From the NCBI GenBank assembly GCA_963701295.1, contig OY969585.1, forward strand, positions 3,168,001 to 3,232,000: a stretch of DNA of 64,000 nt, read 5' to 3'. The position numbers and the translations under genes are program-made. The notes beneath the pieces are model-generated. The model was not told the origin of the DNA, did no database searches, and saw nothing but the letters and a program-made list of their open reading frames with translations. This document shows, piece after piece, positions 50,167-61,741 of this stretch; the stretch's first letter is position 1, and each line of letters opens with the position of its first letter. This DNA comes from Ignavibacteriota bacterium. GTDB lineage: Bacteria > Bacteroidota > Ignavibacteria > UBA10030.

Positions 50167-51552
50167 GTGGCAAAAAAACAAATTTCTCTCCCAGCAAAAG
50201 AACTTACTCCGCGGCAAATCGTCCATGAATTGGATAGATATATTATCGGTCAGCACGCTGCAAAAAAAGCAGTCGCCATTGCTATTCGCAATCGGTGGCG
50301 CCGGCTTCAAGTGACCGGAACACTTCGCGAAGATATTATGCCCAACAATATTATTCTTATCGGGCCTACCGGTGTCGGTAAGACAGAGATTGCACGACGA
50401 TTAGCAAAACTTTCCAATGCACCATTTTTGAAAGTTGAAGCATCGAAGTTTACTGAAGTCGGCTATGTCGGCCGCGATGTCGAATCGATGGTACGCGACT
50501 TGACAGAAATTGCCGTGAATATGGTGAAGGCAGAAAAAGCATCAGAAGTTGAAAATAAAGCACGCGAATTGGCAGAAGAACGACTTCTCGATATTCTTGT
50601 CCCTTCCAACCGGCGTCCAAAACCGCCTGAGCCACCTGTTTCACCTCTGGACACTTTGGAAGAACATGAGAACACGCGTCAGAAATTCCGGGAAAAGCTT
50701 CGCTCAGGCGCACTTGATGAACGGATTGTCGAACTCGAATTATCCTTTGCTCAAATGCCGTTGATGCAAGTCATGGGACCTTTTAGCATGGAAGAGATGG
50801 GTGTCAATCTGCAGGAAGTGTTTGGCAATATTCTTCCAAAGAAAGAGAAACGCCGTAAAGTAACGGTCACTGAAGCTCGTCGACTTCTTATACAAGAAGA
50901 ATCTCAGAAGTTGATCGATATGGAGAAAGTAGTAAAAGAGGCATTGGAACGAGTAGAGAATTCCGGTATTGTCTTCATCGATGAAATTGATAAGATTGCG
51001 AGTGCACGCGGGCATAGTTCCGGACCTGATGTCTCGCGCGAAGGTGTGCAGCGCGACTTGCTCCCGATTGTGGAAGGTTCCAACGTACTCACAAAACACG
51101 GGATGGTAAAAACCGACCATGTCCTCTTTATTGCATCGGGTGCATTTCACATAGCAAAACCATCGGATTTAATTCCGGAATTGCAGGGACGCTTTCCGAT
51201 TCGTGTTGAATTAAAAAGTTTAACAGAAGATGACTTTGAAAAGATTCTTACTTTGCCGCAGAATGCCCTCATCAAACAATATGCTGCGCTATTGAAGACG
51301 GAAGGAATCGAAATTACATTTAACGATGAAGCTGTGAGAGAAATTGCTAAGATTGCATACGAAGTGAACGACCAAGTCGAAAACATCGGCGCTCGCCGTC
51401 TTCACACTATTATCACGACACTCCTAGAGGAGATTCTCTTCAACGCTCCTGACGAGATTGCCGAATCCAACATTGTTATCACGCAGAAAATTGTTCAGAA
51501 TAAACTAAATTCGATCGTCAAGAATCGAGACCTCAGCAGGTACATCTTATAG
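50167..51552 (+). CDS. hslU: HslU ATPase
   Basis: [45 protein letters not shown]. Confidence 0.97.
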   Translation: MAKKQISLPAKELTPRQIVHELDRYIIGQHAAKKAVAIAIRNRWRRLQVTGTLREDIMPNNIILIGPTGVGKTEIARRLAKLSNAPFLKVEASKFTEVGYVGRDVESMVRDLTEIAVNMVKAEKASEVENKARELAEERLLDILVPSNRRPKPPEPPVSPLDTLEEHENTRQKFREKLRSGALDERIVELELSFAQMPLMQVMGPFSMEEMGVNLQEVFGNILPKKEKRRKVTVTEARRLLIQEESQKLIDMEKVVKEALERVENSGIVFIDEIDKIASARGHSSGPDVSREGVQRDLLPIVEGSNVLTKHGMVKTDHVLFIASGAFHIAKPSDLIPELQGRFPIRVELKSLTEDDFEKILTLPQNALIKQYAALLKTEGIEITFNDEAVREIAKIAYEVNDQVENIGARRLHTIITTLLEEILFNAPDEIAESNIVITQKIVQNKLNSIVKNRDLSRYIL

Positions 51553-51570
51553 AACCCGGATGTTTTGCTC

Positions 51571-52977
51571 TTACACCCGGACTTTCATCCCCATAGAAAA
51601 CGAAACAGTTTGGAAGCTGTTCGGTATAAAAAACATGCCGAAGTTATCTGTAGCGAAATCTAGGCTGAAGTAGTGAAGATCAAGTCCGAATCCGAACGCC
51701 CACCGTAATTTATCTCCACCACCGAATGCTAAACCGGTTCTCAGCGGTAAAACAGGAAATACACAATATTCAGTACCGAGTGAAAATCGCGGTTTAGTTG
51801 TATTACCCAGGGACTCGTTGAACCCTTGGAGGTAATCGAAAGCGAGAATTAACTTACCTGGCAGAAATTTTAGAGCAGGGATTTCCGATGCTTCTGTCTC
51901 AAATCCAAGCCGCAACGCTGTCGGTAGATAGGTATCAAATGCCTCGCCAGGCCGCGTTTTCCCTTTGATCATGTTTTTTAAGGTATCTTCGAGATTGCTA
52001 GAAGCACCTGTGAAATTAATCCCTCCATCACCATAGCTTTCAATAATGTTTTTGTTCCAAGTGATCTTACCAATATCGGTAACACTCAAAGCAACTCGCA
52101 CTCCATTAATTAATTCCCCCGACAATCCAATATCAAAACCTGTTCCCTTGCCAACAGGATCTGGAAATAATGTAGCCTTTGCATGTGAGTCTTCATTCAT
52201 AAAATCAACACCGGCATGAGTAGTGAGAAAATCGATATTGCCCCTTAAGGTATATTGCGTCGGATTATCAGGATCGGGATAATTTCCAAAAGAAGATTTC
52301 TGACTTATAGGTCGGGATATTCCGTACCCCCGAATAAATTTTATTCCGATTCCAGCATAGAGGTCTTTGAGGAACTTTATTTCGACTGGCAGCTTTCGCC
52401 CGTAGGATAAATTGTATTCGCAATACCACCATGCGGAAGCTTCAGTGCCATCGAATATGTACACCGAACCGGCAGGATCCAATCCAAAAGCAGCCATTCG
52501 GAAAAAATCTTTTGAGAGTGTTGTTACAGCTCCGGCATGTTCTATAATAGCAAATCCAATGCCGCCAACTATGGGATGCTGGAAGGACGCTCCTCCAAGC
52601 ATCGCTTCTACTCCAATACGAGTTTTTGGCAAATCAGGCATCTGAGAAAGAATTTTGTCTATATCTGCGGTCTCAAGACGCTTCGCCCATCGTTTACCGA
52701 CTGAATCAACTCCAGTAAAATATTCTTTGTACAGTCCATAGGTAAGCAATTCTGTGCTCATGCATATGCCGGTCGGCGCAAGATTCAAGTTAAAATTTCC
52801 TTGGTCTGGAATGGCAATATTAGCCGGATTAATACCAAGAGCATCAACACCTCGCGAGACAGCATTCATCGTTCTTCCCATTCCAACACCGCGAATGTCT
52901 GATAGATCACCTGCTAGAGTTGTATGAAGAACGACTGAAAAAAGAAAGAAAGTAAGAGCACTAAGATTCGATTTCAT
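51571..52977 (-). CDS. Outer membrane beta-barrel (DUF5723-like)
   Basis: Signal peptide at MKSNLS; RGVGMG, INPAN, GFDIG, LPT, LPLRTG. Confidence 0.65.
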   Translation of the reverse strand: MKSNLSALTFFLFSVVLHTTLAGDLSDIRGVGMGRTMNAVSRGVDALGINPANIAIPDQGNFNLNLAPTGICMSTELLTYGLYKEYFTGVDSVGKRWAKRLETADIDKILSQMPDLPKTRIGVEAMLGGASFQHPIVGGIGFAIIEHAGAVTTLSKDFFRMAAFGLDPAGSVYIFDGTEASAWWYCEYNLSYGRKLPVEIKFLKDLYAGIGIKFIRGYGISRPISQKSSFGNYPDPDNPTQYTLRGNIDFLTTHAGVDFMNEDSHAKATLFPDPVGKGTGFDIGLSGELINGVRVALSVTDIGKITWNKNIIESYGDGGINFTGASSNLEDTLKNMIKGKTRPGEAFDTYLPTALRLGFETEASEIPALKFLPGKLILAFDYLQGFNESLGNTTKPRFSLGTEYCVFPVLPLRTGLAFGGGDKLRWAFGFGLDLHYFSLDFATDNFGMFFIPNSFQTVSFSMGMKVRV

Positions 52978-52991
52978 TTCATGTTCTCCCT

Positions 52992-53708
52992 TTACGGTTT
53001 GTTTATTGTACAACGAGCGTTGACGGAAGAACGGATTCGGACACAATCATTTCTTCTAAATTTCACTGAATTCTGCACACTTCCTATATTAAAATAAAGT
53101 TTCATATATGCTGAATCTGCTTGAACCATGGTGTCGACTTGTGCACCCGTGAGAACGATTGCAATGTTCGAAATCTTCGGATTGATTGCGACACCATTGA
53201 TATCCACATCCGATGCTTTGATAGAATCCGAGGACGGGGAGATTCTAAACAGTGTATCGCTGTGCGCCCCCGCCGAATCCCATTTGAGAAAACTCATCTG
53301 GAACCTCAAGACAAGAGGAATCCCGTTGGTGAATTCAAAATTCATTGTTCCATCTATTACAGAATTATTTTTAAGCGTCATGGATAATCCTTTAACAGCA
53401 AACTCTTCCAATGTTATACGTTCGCTTAATTCTGGTTGGTTCGTAAGGGTGTCAATTGGAATCGGTCCTGCAGCGAATATCGTACTATAGGTACTATCTG
53501 AGGTGTTGAACTTGAACACGGTGTCTTTTTTAGCAATGTCGCTAAAGTACTGTGTTGTGTCTAAAATTGGGATGCTTAATTGTGTATCAAATGTCGGTCC
53601 AACAAATTCGGTAGGAGATTCAATACAATTGAACGATAGGACCGACATAACCAGGAGTATCATGCAAACAGCAGCGTTTGTTCCTGCATGCAAGAGTGTT
53701 TGTTTCAT
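52992..53708 (-). CDS. Hypothetical lipoprotein
   Basis: Hydrophobic N-terminus with SFNC lipobox-like Cys; upstream of the barrel gene. Confidence 0.6.
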   Translation of the reverse strand: MKQTLLHAGTNAAVCMILLVMSVLSFNCIESPTEFVGPTFDTQLSIPILDTTQYFSDIAKKDTVFKFNTSDSTYSTIFAAGPIPIDTLTNQPELSERITLEEFAVKGLSMTLKNNSVIDGTMNFEFTNGIPLVLRFQMSFLKWDSAGAHSDTLFRISPSSDSIKASDVDINGVAINPKISNIAIVLTGAQVDTMVQADSAYMKLYFNIGSVQNSVKFRRNDCVRIRSSVNARCTINKP

Positions 53709-53899
53709 AGTTATCCTTAACTTTTCATGTTGTTTCTTAAAAGAAACCTATAAGAATATACCGACCCCACGAGGCATTGTCAAGGAATTGAAACTCTTAT
53801 TGAACTGCAAGTATAGAAAATGTGCGTGTGCTCACAGAAAAAACGAAAGCTGGCGCACAAAACCCGTGTACCAGCTTTTGAGGATCTTTCAGAATGAGG

Positions 53900-54226
53900 C
53901 TAGTGAAACTTTTCTTCTTTCGTAGGTGGCTGAAAACCAAACATTGATCCAGCTGAAACATCTCCGACAAGCTTAATCTCGCCAAATTTTTTCTCAAACT
54001 TATCAATGTTATCATGGAGAGCATTGAGCAGCATCTTTGTATGCTGTGGAGTCATCACAATTCGAGCATGAACCTTTGCTTTTGGAACTCCTGGGAGCAC
54101 TCGCGTAAAATCCACGACAAATTCTGCAGGCGAGTGTGTAATGATGGCAAGATTGGAGTAAATGCCTTCTGCTTCTTTTTCTCCAAGCTCGATATTTATT
54201 TGCTGCTGACCCGGTTGATCACTCAT
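53900..54226 (-). CDS. DUF3467 family protein
   Basis: GIYSNLAIITHSPAEFVVDF, RIVMTPQH, FEKKFGEI. Confidence 0.88.
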   Translation of the reverse strand: MSDQPGQQQINIELGEKEAEGIYSNLAIITHSPAEFVVDFTRVLPGVPKAKVHARIVMTPQHTKMLLNALHDNIDKFEKKFGEIKLVGDVSAGSMFGFQPPTKEEKFH

Positions 54227-54264
54227 ACGAATGTCCGTTTCTTCTTAATGCTTGATTGAATTGT

Positions 54265-55710
54265 TCACTTGGCTGTTTTGCGTATTTTATCAGCTTCATC
54301 AAGTGCCTTCATCGCTTTTTCAGATTGACCAAGAAGTGCATAAATGGTACCAAGTGTATCCCACACCCGCGCATCTTCTTGCGTCAATTGTGTATGCCAA
54401 TCTTTCCCATCCTTTGAAGCTGCCTCCTGTGCGTTCTTAATTTTTATTTCTGTTACCTTTATCATCCAGGGCAAGGCTTCTTCAAATTTTTTCTTATAGC
54501 TCTTACTTTCATCTCCATTTTCCTGCGCTTCCTTTTTTATCTTGACTCCCCAATTGTAATATGTTGCGCCAAGATCATAAAATGCATCGCTGAAATTAGG
54601 ATCAATCTTCACTGCTTCGTTGAACTCTCCTATCGCCCTATCATAGTCATTGATCATTCTATAGAGAAGGCCGAGGATGTAGTGATTCATCTTACTCCCA
54701 GGATCATTGTCCACAGCAAGTTTAAATGCGCTGGTCGCTTCCGGAATGCGATTGGCTTCATAGTACGCTTGCAGAAGTAAATTCAAGTTTTCATTATCTT
54801 TTGGATTCACTTTCTTGATCTCTTCAAACACGTCCACAGCGCTGTTAAACTGAACTATGGCTTCATTATATTTTGTTGAATCAATTTTCAATTCAATCTT
54901 TTTCTCGATTTTCTTTCCAACGACCTTCTCGCCTTCAACGGTGAGTGTCAATGCATATTGATTGTATTTCCAGTCTTCTCTTTTAGAATTCTTCTTATCC
55001 TTTATTTGGCTGTCAGGTGCTCCAAACATCTGCATCACATCGCTTTTATAACTGCCTTTGTCAATCTCTTTCAAATTCTTTTGAATACGAAGCCCCTCTT
55101 TATTCTCCGATTGAAACTGTTCTTTCTTTGTCAAACCCTGTTGAAGCATGAATCTTCCGACCCGTTTATATGCGTCTACATCATGATCCAATTCCCATAC
55201 TTTCTTCTGACTCAGGATGGCATTCTCCATATCACCCTTTCCTTGATAAGCTTGGGCAAGATAGAAATACGTTAAAGATGTATCCGGCCAGATCCCAACC
55301 GATTTCTTATATTCTTCGATGGCTTTGTCATAATATTGCAGAGAGTCGGCACTACCGCGTTTATTGAAAGCAACACCATCGTTGATATGCTGAGCCCAAG
55401 CTTTATATCGGTAGGCATTGATTTCGGTTGTATAGTTCGGTGAAAGCTTTTCTGCTTCACGAAATGCAGCAGCCATACCATCATAGTCATTCAGTTCCTC
55501 CCCTCGAATCCGGCCTAAGCGGAACCAGGCTTCATGATTTGACGGGTTCTTTTGGACCTCTTTCTCGTAGAGTTTCGCTGCTTCAACATAATTTTTGTTT
55601 TGTTCCTGCACTTTCGCCCCGGTGAATTCCGGAGATGAGCATTGAAATCCTTGTATTATAAATCCCGCTAAGAGCAACACTAAAACAAAATGGCAGAAAT
55701 TATTTTTCAT
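54265..55710 (-). CDS. TPR-repeat lipoprotein
   Basis: GFQC lipobox; multiple TPRs. Confidence 0.85.
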   Translation of the reverse strand: MKNNFCHFVLVLLLAGFIIQGFQCSSPEFTGAKVQEQNKNYVEAAKLYEKEVQKNPSNHEAWFRLGRIRGEELNDYDGMAAAFREAEKLSPNYTTEINAYRYKAWAQHINDGVAFNKRGSADSLQYYDKAIEEYKKSVGIWPDTSLTYFYLAQAYQGKGDMENAILSQKKVWELDHDVDAYKRVGRFMLQQGLTKKEQFQSENKEGLRIQKNLKEIDKGSYKSDVMQMFGAPDSQIKDKKNSKREDWKYNQYALTLTVEGEKVVGKKIEKKIELKIDSTKYNEAIVQFNSAVDVFEEIKKVNPKDNENLNLLLQAYYEANRIPEATSAFKLAVDNDPGSKMNHYILGLLYRMINDYDRAIGEFNEAVKIDPNFSDAFYDLGATYYNWGVKIKKEAQENGDESKSYKKKFEEALPWMIKVTEIKIKNAQEAASKDGKDWHTQLTQEDARVWDTLGTIYALLGQSEKAMKALDEADKIRKTAK

Positions 55711-55919
55711 GGATAGGTTCCTTCATTGTGGTCTTAGATAATTAGATACGAATGAAAATATACCAAAAGGTGCTGGCAGAAGCAAGATGAAATTCGAGAT
55801 GGAGTACCGCAATAATAAGGTAGATGAGAAATGCAGCCCGTAAACTGTTGAGATGCTTGAAATAGGTACAAAAATCCCAACCAACTAAGTGAGGCAATAA
55901 GTAAGACACATATACCGTT

Positions 55920-57218
55920 TCATTCCTGCGATTGCTGTATAGGACCTTCAGAAGCAGTGTCTCTCCACACGCGTACTTGAATGGAATGATTCGGTGTTGC
56001 AGTCTGAAGAACCTGCTTCCGAAGACGGGGTTGAATTATAACACGCATTTGTTGTTGTTCTATTTCCTCAGCTGGAAGGTTAATATCAACACTGAAAAAT
56101 TCTTCGTTTCCAAAAGATTGAACCAGTTGTGGCCATGAAACATTTCTTGGCGCATGCTGAAATTCCCTTGCTATCATCCTTTTCAATATTGCTTTGCGGC
56201 GAAGTTCAAACATAACAATGTTTTCCTCCATGTGTCTACGAAGGCTGTCGAAATCGATATGTAGTTGCGAATACATCATAGTATCCGGTGTAATAATAAC
56301 AAACCGATTATTCCTTGGAGATTGTGGAATATTCTGGAAAATACAATCTCCTTTTCCCGCCGGAACACTTTGAGCTGTAATTGTGTATGGTGCATCATTG
56401 GCTTCCAGCAAGCGCTCAAATTGGACCCGTTGATTCGGTTCTAAGCACGCAGCAATATTTGTTACCATCATCCTATTTAAATTTGGCAAGTCAGGCGCTA
56501 TCGCCATTGTATTGTTCTCACCGATCAATACAGACGATTCTATACGCCTGCCGGTCAATTCCAATAAAGAATCGATCAAATGTTTTTGTACGCTGGTTGG
56601 CTTCACTTCGGCAAGGAAGTGATTAAACGTCACAGATTTTGTCTTGTTCTTCGAATCTTTCCCAACTTCTATACGATATCCTTTCTTTGATTGTTCGTCC
56701 ACACGCAACTCCGTTTTCGATTTATTATCAAGAGCGAGCGTACCAAAAAGTGAAAATTGCAATGCCCGATCTTTGTCCACCTTGGAAAAGAGAGGCAACA
56801 GCTGTCCTTGCAGTACATTCTTTTCGTACACCTCTCGAACCGCTTGCGACTTTTGAGAGAAATATTGGATAAACTGCTTCCGGTTTTGAATAACTAGTGT
56901 TCCGACGACAACGACCACAGTAGCAGCCATTATAGTCATTGCAGGAACAAATTTGCGAGGGAATGGCAGGAGACTATGCTCATCCTTCTTCTGTTCCTCA
57001 AGAGCAACAGCAAAACGAGTCCAGAATCCGATATCGGGTGTCAGCTTCTGTTTTGATGCTAACAGGTACTTTAATCGTTTCAACTCTTTCACTCGTTGTT
57101 GAGCTAATGTATCCAGTGCCAAGAAGGATTCTACCTTCCGAACTTCAATTTCTGAAAGCCTGCCATCGACATATTGCGAGAGCAAGTGATCCATCTGTTG
57201 TTTATTCATTTTTTTCAT
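55920..57218 (-). CDS. Putative membrane anti-sigma factor
   Basis: N-terminal LLSQYVDGRLS anti-sigma-like domain and one TM helix; 2 bp downstream of the ECF sigma gene. Confidence 0.65.
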   Translation of the reverse strand: MKKMNKQQMDHLLSQYVDGRLSEIEVRKVESFLALDTLAQQRVKELKRLKYLLASKQKLTPDIGFWTRFAVALEEQKKDEHSLLPFPRKFVPAMTIMAATVVVVVGTLVIQNRKQFIQYFSQKSQAVREVYEKNVLQGQLLPLFSKVDKDRALQFSLFGTLALDNKSKTELRVDEQSKKGYRIEVGKDSKNKTKSVTFNHFLAEVKPTSVQKHLIDSLLELTGRRIESSVLIGENNTMAIAPDLPNLNRMMVTNIAACLEPNQRVQFERLLEANDAPYTITAQSVPAGKGDCIFQNIPQSPRNNRFVIITPDTMMYSQLHIDFDSLRRHMEENIVMFELRRKAILKRMIAREFQHAPRNVSWPQLVQSFGNEEFFSVDINLPAEEIEQQQMRVIIQPRLRKQVLQTATPNHSIQVRVWRDTASEGPIQQSQE

Positions 57219-57220
57219 GC

Positions 57221-57985
57221 CTACACCTCCTCCAATAACGGTTTCAATACTTTTCGCAGCATTGACCGTGCTCGGGAGATTCTCGATTTTACGGTGCCAA
57301 GTTCACATTGCATTACTTCAGCAATCTCTTCATACGAAAGTCCATCAATATCCTTCAACACCACTGCTGTCCTGAATTTCTCCGGTAAGGATTGTAATCC
57401 AAGAGCAACTAATTCCTGTGTATCCCTGTCCTCCGGTGGCACGGAGAGACGCACATTCAATTCCTTCTCGATTCCTTCATCAAGTGTCTGAAATGAAAAA
57501 AACCGGCGTAATTTTTTCTTCCTCAGTTCATCTCGACTTTTATTCACTGCGATCCGGTAGAGCCATGTATAAAACGATGCTTCAAATCTAAAACGAGGCA
57601 ATGCTTGGTATGCTTTGATGAATACTTCCTGCGCAAGATCGTCGATAAAATCGCGATCATGAAAGATAGAAAAGAGCAAATTTCGAATTCGTTCCTGATG
57701 TCGCTCAACAAGGAAACGGTACACATCATGGTCACCACTCTGGAATGCGGTGATCAATGCTTCATCGCTCATTTTGCTGAGAACGTCGACGCTCAATTTT
57801 GAGAAAATCTGATCGTTTGTCATTAAGCTCGCATCATTGGTTTTTGTGAATGAAGGTACAAAACTTCTCGCACGAACTCCAATTTGATACGGCTTATCCT
57901 TTGACGACCATTCTGCACCCGGCAGTGATAGGGCCATGCTCACTCCTGATTCATTTGAATTCATACTTCCTGCCCTGTGTAGCAA
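57221..57985 (-). CDS. ECF sigma factor
   Basis: DLAQEVF, FYTWLYRIAVN, LSYEEIAE, GTVKSRISRAR; true start may be downstream. Confidence 0.92.
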   Translation of the reverse strand: MLHRAGSMNSNESGVSMALSLPGAEWSSKDKPYQIGVRARSFVPSFTKTNDASLMTNDQIFSKLSVDVLSKMSDEALITAFQSGDHDVYRFLVERHQERIRNLLFSIFHDRDFIDDLAQEVFIKAYQALPRFRFEASFYTWLYRIAVNKSRDELRKKKLRRFFSFQTLDEGIEKELNVRLSVPPEDRDTQELVALGLQSLPEKFRTAVVLKDIDGLSYEEIAEVMQCELGTVKSRISRARSMLRKVLKPLLEEV

Positions 57986-58125
57986 TTGAATATCTAGATC
58001 ACCTATTATATTGAATATATTAATTCGATTAATTAGACGAAGGATAGAAAGCTATGGTTCCGGCAGACCAATGAAATGTAGCCTTTTTTTTAGTATGGAG
58101 TATCTTGGAAAAGGATGAAAATGGT

Positions 58126-59427
58126 TCAGAGCGTGATTTCTTGAAGTCTTGATGCCTGGACACGCTGCTCAAATTCTTCTCGGAAGTTGCGGATCATCGA
58201 TTGTACAGGCCAAGCTGCAGCATCGCCTAATGCACAAATAGTGTTGCCTTCGATATTGTTTGCCACATCCAGCAGCAGATCAATATCTTCCCTCTTCGCT
58301 TCGTACTTCTGGAAGCGATTTAATATCTTGAACATCCAGTCCGTACCTTCACGGCATGGTGTACATTGCCCGCAGGATTCGCGATAGTAGAATTGTGTTA
58401 TGCGCGTGATGACTTGGATAAGGTCGGTGTCTTCATCCATCACAATAATTCCCGCTGTTCCTACGGAAGAACCTGCAGCCTTCAGCGAGTCTGCGTCCAT
58501 CCGAATGCCTTCAAGCTGATCACCGCGCAAAATCATCGTCGATGAACCTCCAGGGATAACCGCTTTGATTCCTTTGTCGCCGGGAACACCACTGGCCCAT
58601 TTATAAATAATTTCAAGCAGCGGTTCGCCTGTCGGCATTTCAAACACCCCCGGATTATTTACATGTCCGCTGACACCCACGAGAATCGGTCCAGGATGTT
58701 TTGCTGAGCCAATCTTGGAATACCACTCCCATCCATAACTGATGATGACAGGGATATTTGAAATTGTCTCGACATTATTGATGGTCGTAGGACACCCCCA
58801 CAAACCTACCTGCGCCGGGAACGGCGGTTTCACTCGCGGATAGCCGCGCTCTCCTTCGATGGAGTTCATGAGCGATGATTCTTCACCGCAGATGTATGCA
58901 CCGGCTCCTCGGTGGATGTACACTTGAGCAGAAAATTCCGTTCCAAGAATTTTATTGCCGATAAGTCCATTTGCGTACGCATCGTTAATCGCCTTCTGCA
59001 GCATCTTGATCCACTTACCATATTCGCCCCGGATATAAATATATGCTGCTGTTATACCCATAGCATAGCAAGCGATGAGCGTTCCTTCGATGAGCAGATG
59101 CGGATTACATTCAAAGATCTGACGGTCTTTGAACGTACCGGGTTCGGATTCATCCCCATTGACGCACAAATATTTCGGCTTATTGGAATTCTTCGGCATG
59201 AATGACCATTTCAGTCCTGTCGGAAAGCACGCACCACCCCTACCGCGCAGATTGGACTTTTTTACCTCATCGATTACTTCTTCCGGTTTCATTTCCAAAG
59301 CCTTTTTCAAAGCTTTGTAACCATCATGAGCGAGATAGTGATCAATCTTGAAGAGATCACGATCATCCGGAATGATTATACGTTTCCATGCATTCAATTG
59401 TTCAGTATCGGCAGGGTAAATATTCAT
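58126..59427 (-). CDS. nuoF: NADH-quinone oxidoreductase subunit F
   Basis: LRGRGGA, NGDESEPG, GAYICGEES, ESCGQCTPCREG. Confidence 0.96.
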   Translation of the reverse strand: MNIYPADTEQLNAWKRIIIPDDRDLFKIDHYLAHDGYKALKKALEMKPEEVIDEVKKSNLRGRGGACFPTGLKWSFMPKNSNKPKYLCVNGDESEPGTFKDRQIFECNPHLLIEGTLIACYAMGITAAYIYIRGEYGKWIKMLQKAINDAYANGLIGNKILGTEFSAQVYIHRGAGAYICGEESSLMNSIEGERGYPRVKPPFPAQVGLWGCPTTINNVETISNIPVIISYGWEWYSKIGSAKHPGPILVGVSGHVNNPGVFEMPTGEPLLEIIYKWASGVPGDKGIKAVIPGGSSTMILRGDQLEGIRMDADSLKAAGSSVGTAGIIVMDEDTDLIQVITRITQFYYRESCGQCTPCREGTDWMFKILNRFQKYEAKREDIDLLLDVANNIEGNTICALGDAAAWPVQSMIRNFREEFEQRVQASRLQEITL

Positions 59428-59894
59428 TTTATAGTATCGATGAGTTTGTCAATTTTTTCGATCGTGAGATTTTCGTAATACTCATCGCCTATAGCCAACA
59501 TTGGAGCGGTTGCGCATGAACCCATACATTCTGCTTCCGAGAGTGTCCATTTCTTGTCTGATGATGTCTCGCCAGGTTTAATACCGAGACGCTGTTCAAT
59601 GTGTTCAAGAATTTTTCTCGAACCGCGCAGCATGCATGAAACATTCGTGCATACTTCAATATGATATTTGCCGATCCGGTTTTTTTGCAGCAAGGTGTAA
59701 AACGATACGACACCGAGAATATGACCAAATGGAATACGAAGCAATGAAGCTACATATCTCATGGAATCTTCGGAAATGTATCCCTCTTGTTCTTGCACCA
59801 TCCAGAGTACTGGCAGCATCAACGCTTGCGATGTTGGATAGCGCTTCCGAAGTTCCTCAACTTCTTTTAGATTCTCTTCATTTAACATGTTCAA
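59424..59894 (-). CDS. nuoE: NADH-quinone oxidoreductase subunit E
   Basis: CTNVSC, ECMGSC (2Fe-2S). Confidence 0.95.
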   Translation of the reverse strand: MNMLNEENLKEVEELRKRYPTSQALMLPVLWMVQEQEGYISEDSMRYVASLLRIPFGHILGVVSFYTLLQKNRIGKYHIEVCTNVSCMLRGSRKILEHIEQRLGIKPGETSSDKKWTLSEAECMGSCATAPMLAIGDEYYENLTIEKIDKLIDTIK

Positions 59895-59976
59895 TGTGAT
59901 TATGTTCGAAAATAAATATAAAATTATGCGCTATTAGTTTTCTCAATCGATAATCGAGAATTGTAAATCGTAAATT

Positions 59977-61233
59977 CTACTTATCCGCTTCTCCCATGAC
60001 CGGATCCAGACTACCGATGACTGCCACGACATCTGAAATCATTGCACCCTTAATCATCACAGAAATTGATTGCAGGTTCACAAAGGATGGTGAACGTATC
60101 TTCATCCGCCATGGCTGACCTTCACCATTACTATAAATATAGAAACCGAGTTCTCCTTTCGGAGCTTCGACAGCGTGATACACCTCGCCTTTAGGAGGTT
60201 CTACACCGAAATTGACGAGCATGAAGTCATGAATAAGTTCTTCCATTTTTGTGTACACTTGTTGTTTACCAGGAAGCACTTTCTTTGGTTGAACTGCTTT
60301 CACATCTCCTGCAGGCATTTTTTCTAACACCTGACGAACAATCTTAATGCTTTCTTTTATTTCAGCCATCCGGACGTAATAGCGAGCCAAGCAATCACCG
60401 CCCACATAGACGGGAATGTTGAAGTCAAAATCGCTATAAACTAAATATGGATTTGCCCTGCGAAGGTCAAGTTCAACACCACAGGCGCGGAGACACGGAC
60501 CGGTCAAACCAAGATCAATCGCTTGTTCTTTAGAAATGCGACCAACACCGTCGACACGTCCAAGAAAAATATGATTCGTGTTAAGAAGCTTCTCGCACTC
60601 TCGTATTTTCTCCGGAAGTATATTAATGAACAGCCGAATGATGCCGAATGTTTCCGATGTAACATCTTGCGCAAGTCCGCCAATGCGTGTGTAACTTGTC
60701 GTAAAGCGAGCACCTGCAATTTTTTCAAAGATGTCGTATAATTTTTCACGTTCCCGGAATGACCACATCCACACAGTAAGAGCGCCAACATCCATTGCAA
60801 GCGAACCAAGAAACATAAGATGAGAAGAAATGCGGGCAAGCTCAGAGATAAGCGTACGAATATACTGCGCTCGAGGCGGAGCTTCGATGCCAAGCAATTT
60901 TTCAACAGCAAGGACATAGGCTGTATTGTTCGAAAGCGGAGAGAGATAATCAAGACGGTCTGTGTGAGGGATAAACTCATGGAAACTGCAATTCTCCGCC
61001 AGCTTCTCGTATCCGCGATGCAAATACCCGAGTTCCGGAACAGACGCAAGTACCGTTTCACCATCGAGCTTGATAAGCAATCTCAATACACCATGTGTTG
61101 CAGGATGCTGCGGACCCATGTTTAAGATCATCTCGCTCTCAAGCGGATCGTTGAACGAAACACTGGTATGTTCGTTCTCAAGTGCTTCGAGAATCTTTGT
61201 CTTTCTAACTATGGTTTCCGGTTTTTGTTCCAT
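59977..61233 (-). CDS. nuoD: NADH-quinone oxidoreductase subunit D
   Basis: NMGPQHPATHGVLRL, GYLHRG, DRLDY, EAPKGE. Confidence 0.96.
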   Translation of the reverse strand: MEQKPETIVRKTKILEALENEHTSVSFNDPLESEMILNMGPQHPATHGVLRLLIKLDGETVLASVPELGYLHRGYEKLAENCSFHEFIPHTDRLDYLSPLSNNTAYVLAVEKLLGIEAPPRAQYIRTLISELARISSHLMFLGSLAMDVGALTVWMWSFREREKLYDIFEKIAGARFTTSYTRIGGLAQDVTSETFGIIRLFINILPEKIRECEKLLNTNHIFLGRVDGVGRISKEQAIDLGLTGPCLRACGVELDLRRANPYLVYSDFDFNIPVYVGGDCLARYYVRMAEIKESIKIVRQVLEKMPAGDVKAVQPKKVLPGKQQVYTKMEELIHDFMLVNFGVEPPKGEVYHAVEAPKGELGFYIYSNGEGQPWRMKIRSPSFVNLQSISVMIKGAMISDVVAVIGSLDPVMGEADK

Positions 61234-61234
61234 C

Positions 61235-61726
61235 TCACTTCTTCGGCAAATCTAAAGATCCGGGAATTCCCATCAACGGAAAATCTTTTCGAAGCGGATG
61301 ATATTCAAATTCATCCGGCATGTATATTCTTCGGAGATCAGGATGTCCTTCAAAAAAAATACCAAACATATCGTACGTCTCGCGTTCGTGCCAGTTGGCA
61401 GTTCTCCATACACCTGTCACAGTAGGCACTTTGGGATGCTCTTCTTCGGTAAATGTTTTCAGCCGAATGCGGTGTTTGGTTTTCAGCGAATAGAGATTGT
61501 AGATAACACCAAATCTGTTTTCCGGAGTGTACATATCGATACCGCAAAGATCAGCAAGCAGGTTGAATGACAGTTCTTCATCCTCTTTCAAGAATCGGCA
61601 GACTTCTACGATACGCTCTTTGGGGATAACAATGGTCAACTCGCCGCGAAATTCGTTTACCTCTAAAACAGCATCGCTATACTTTGCTTGAAGTTTCTCG
61701 AGAACTTTTTCGTTCATTGCTTCCAT
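61235..61726 (-). CDS. nuoC: NADH-quinone oxidoreductase subunit C
   Basis: ANWHERETYDMFG, GHPDLRRI, HPLRKDFP; start likely 61726 or 61717. Confidence 0.95.
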   Translation of the reverse strand: MEAMNEKVLEKLQAKYSDAVLEVNEFRGELTIVIPKERIVEVCRFLKEDEELSFNLLADLCGIDMYTPENRFGVIYNLYSLKTKHRIRLKTFTEEEHPKVPTVTGVWRTANWHERETYDMFGIFFEGHPDLRRIYMPDEFEYHPLRKDFPLMGIPGSLDLPKK

Positions 61727-61741
61727 AGAAGAACCGTTGCT

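Noticed and set aside
60504-61064. Long alternative-frame or antisense ORFs (also 31184-31930, 22834-23328, 45266-45805)
   Set aside because: They shadow well-supported conserved genes and have no recognisable motifs.
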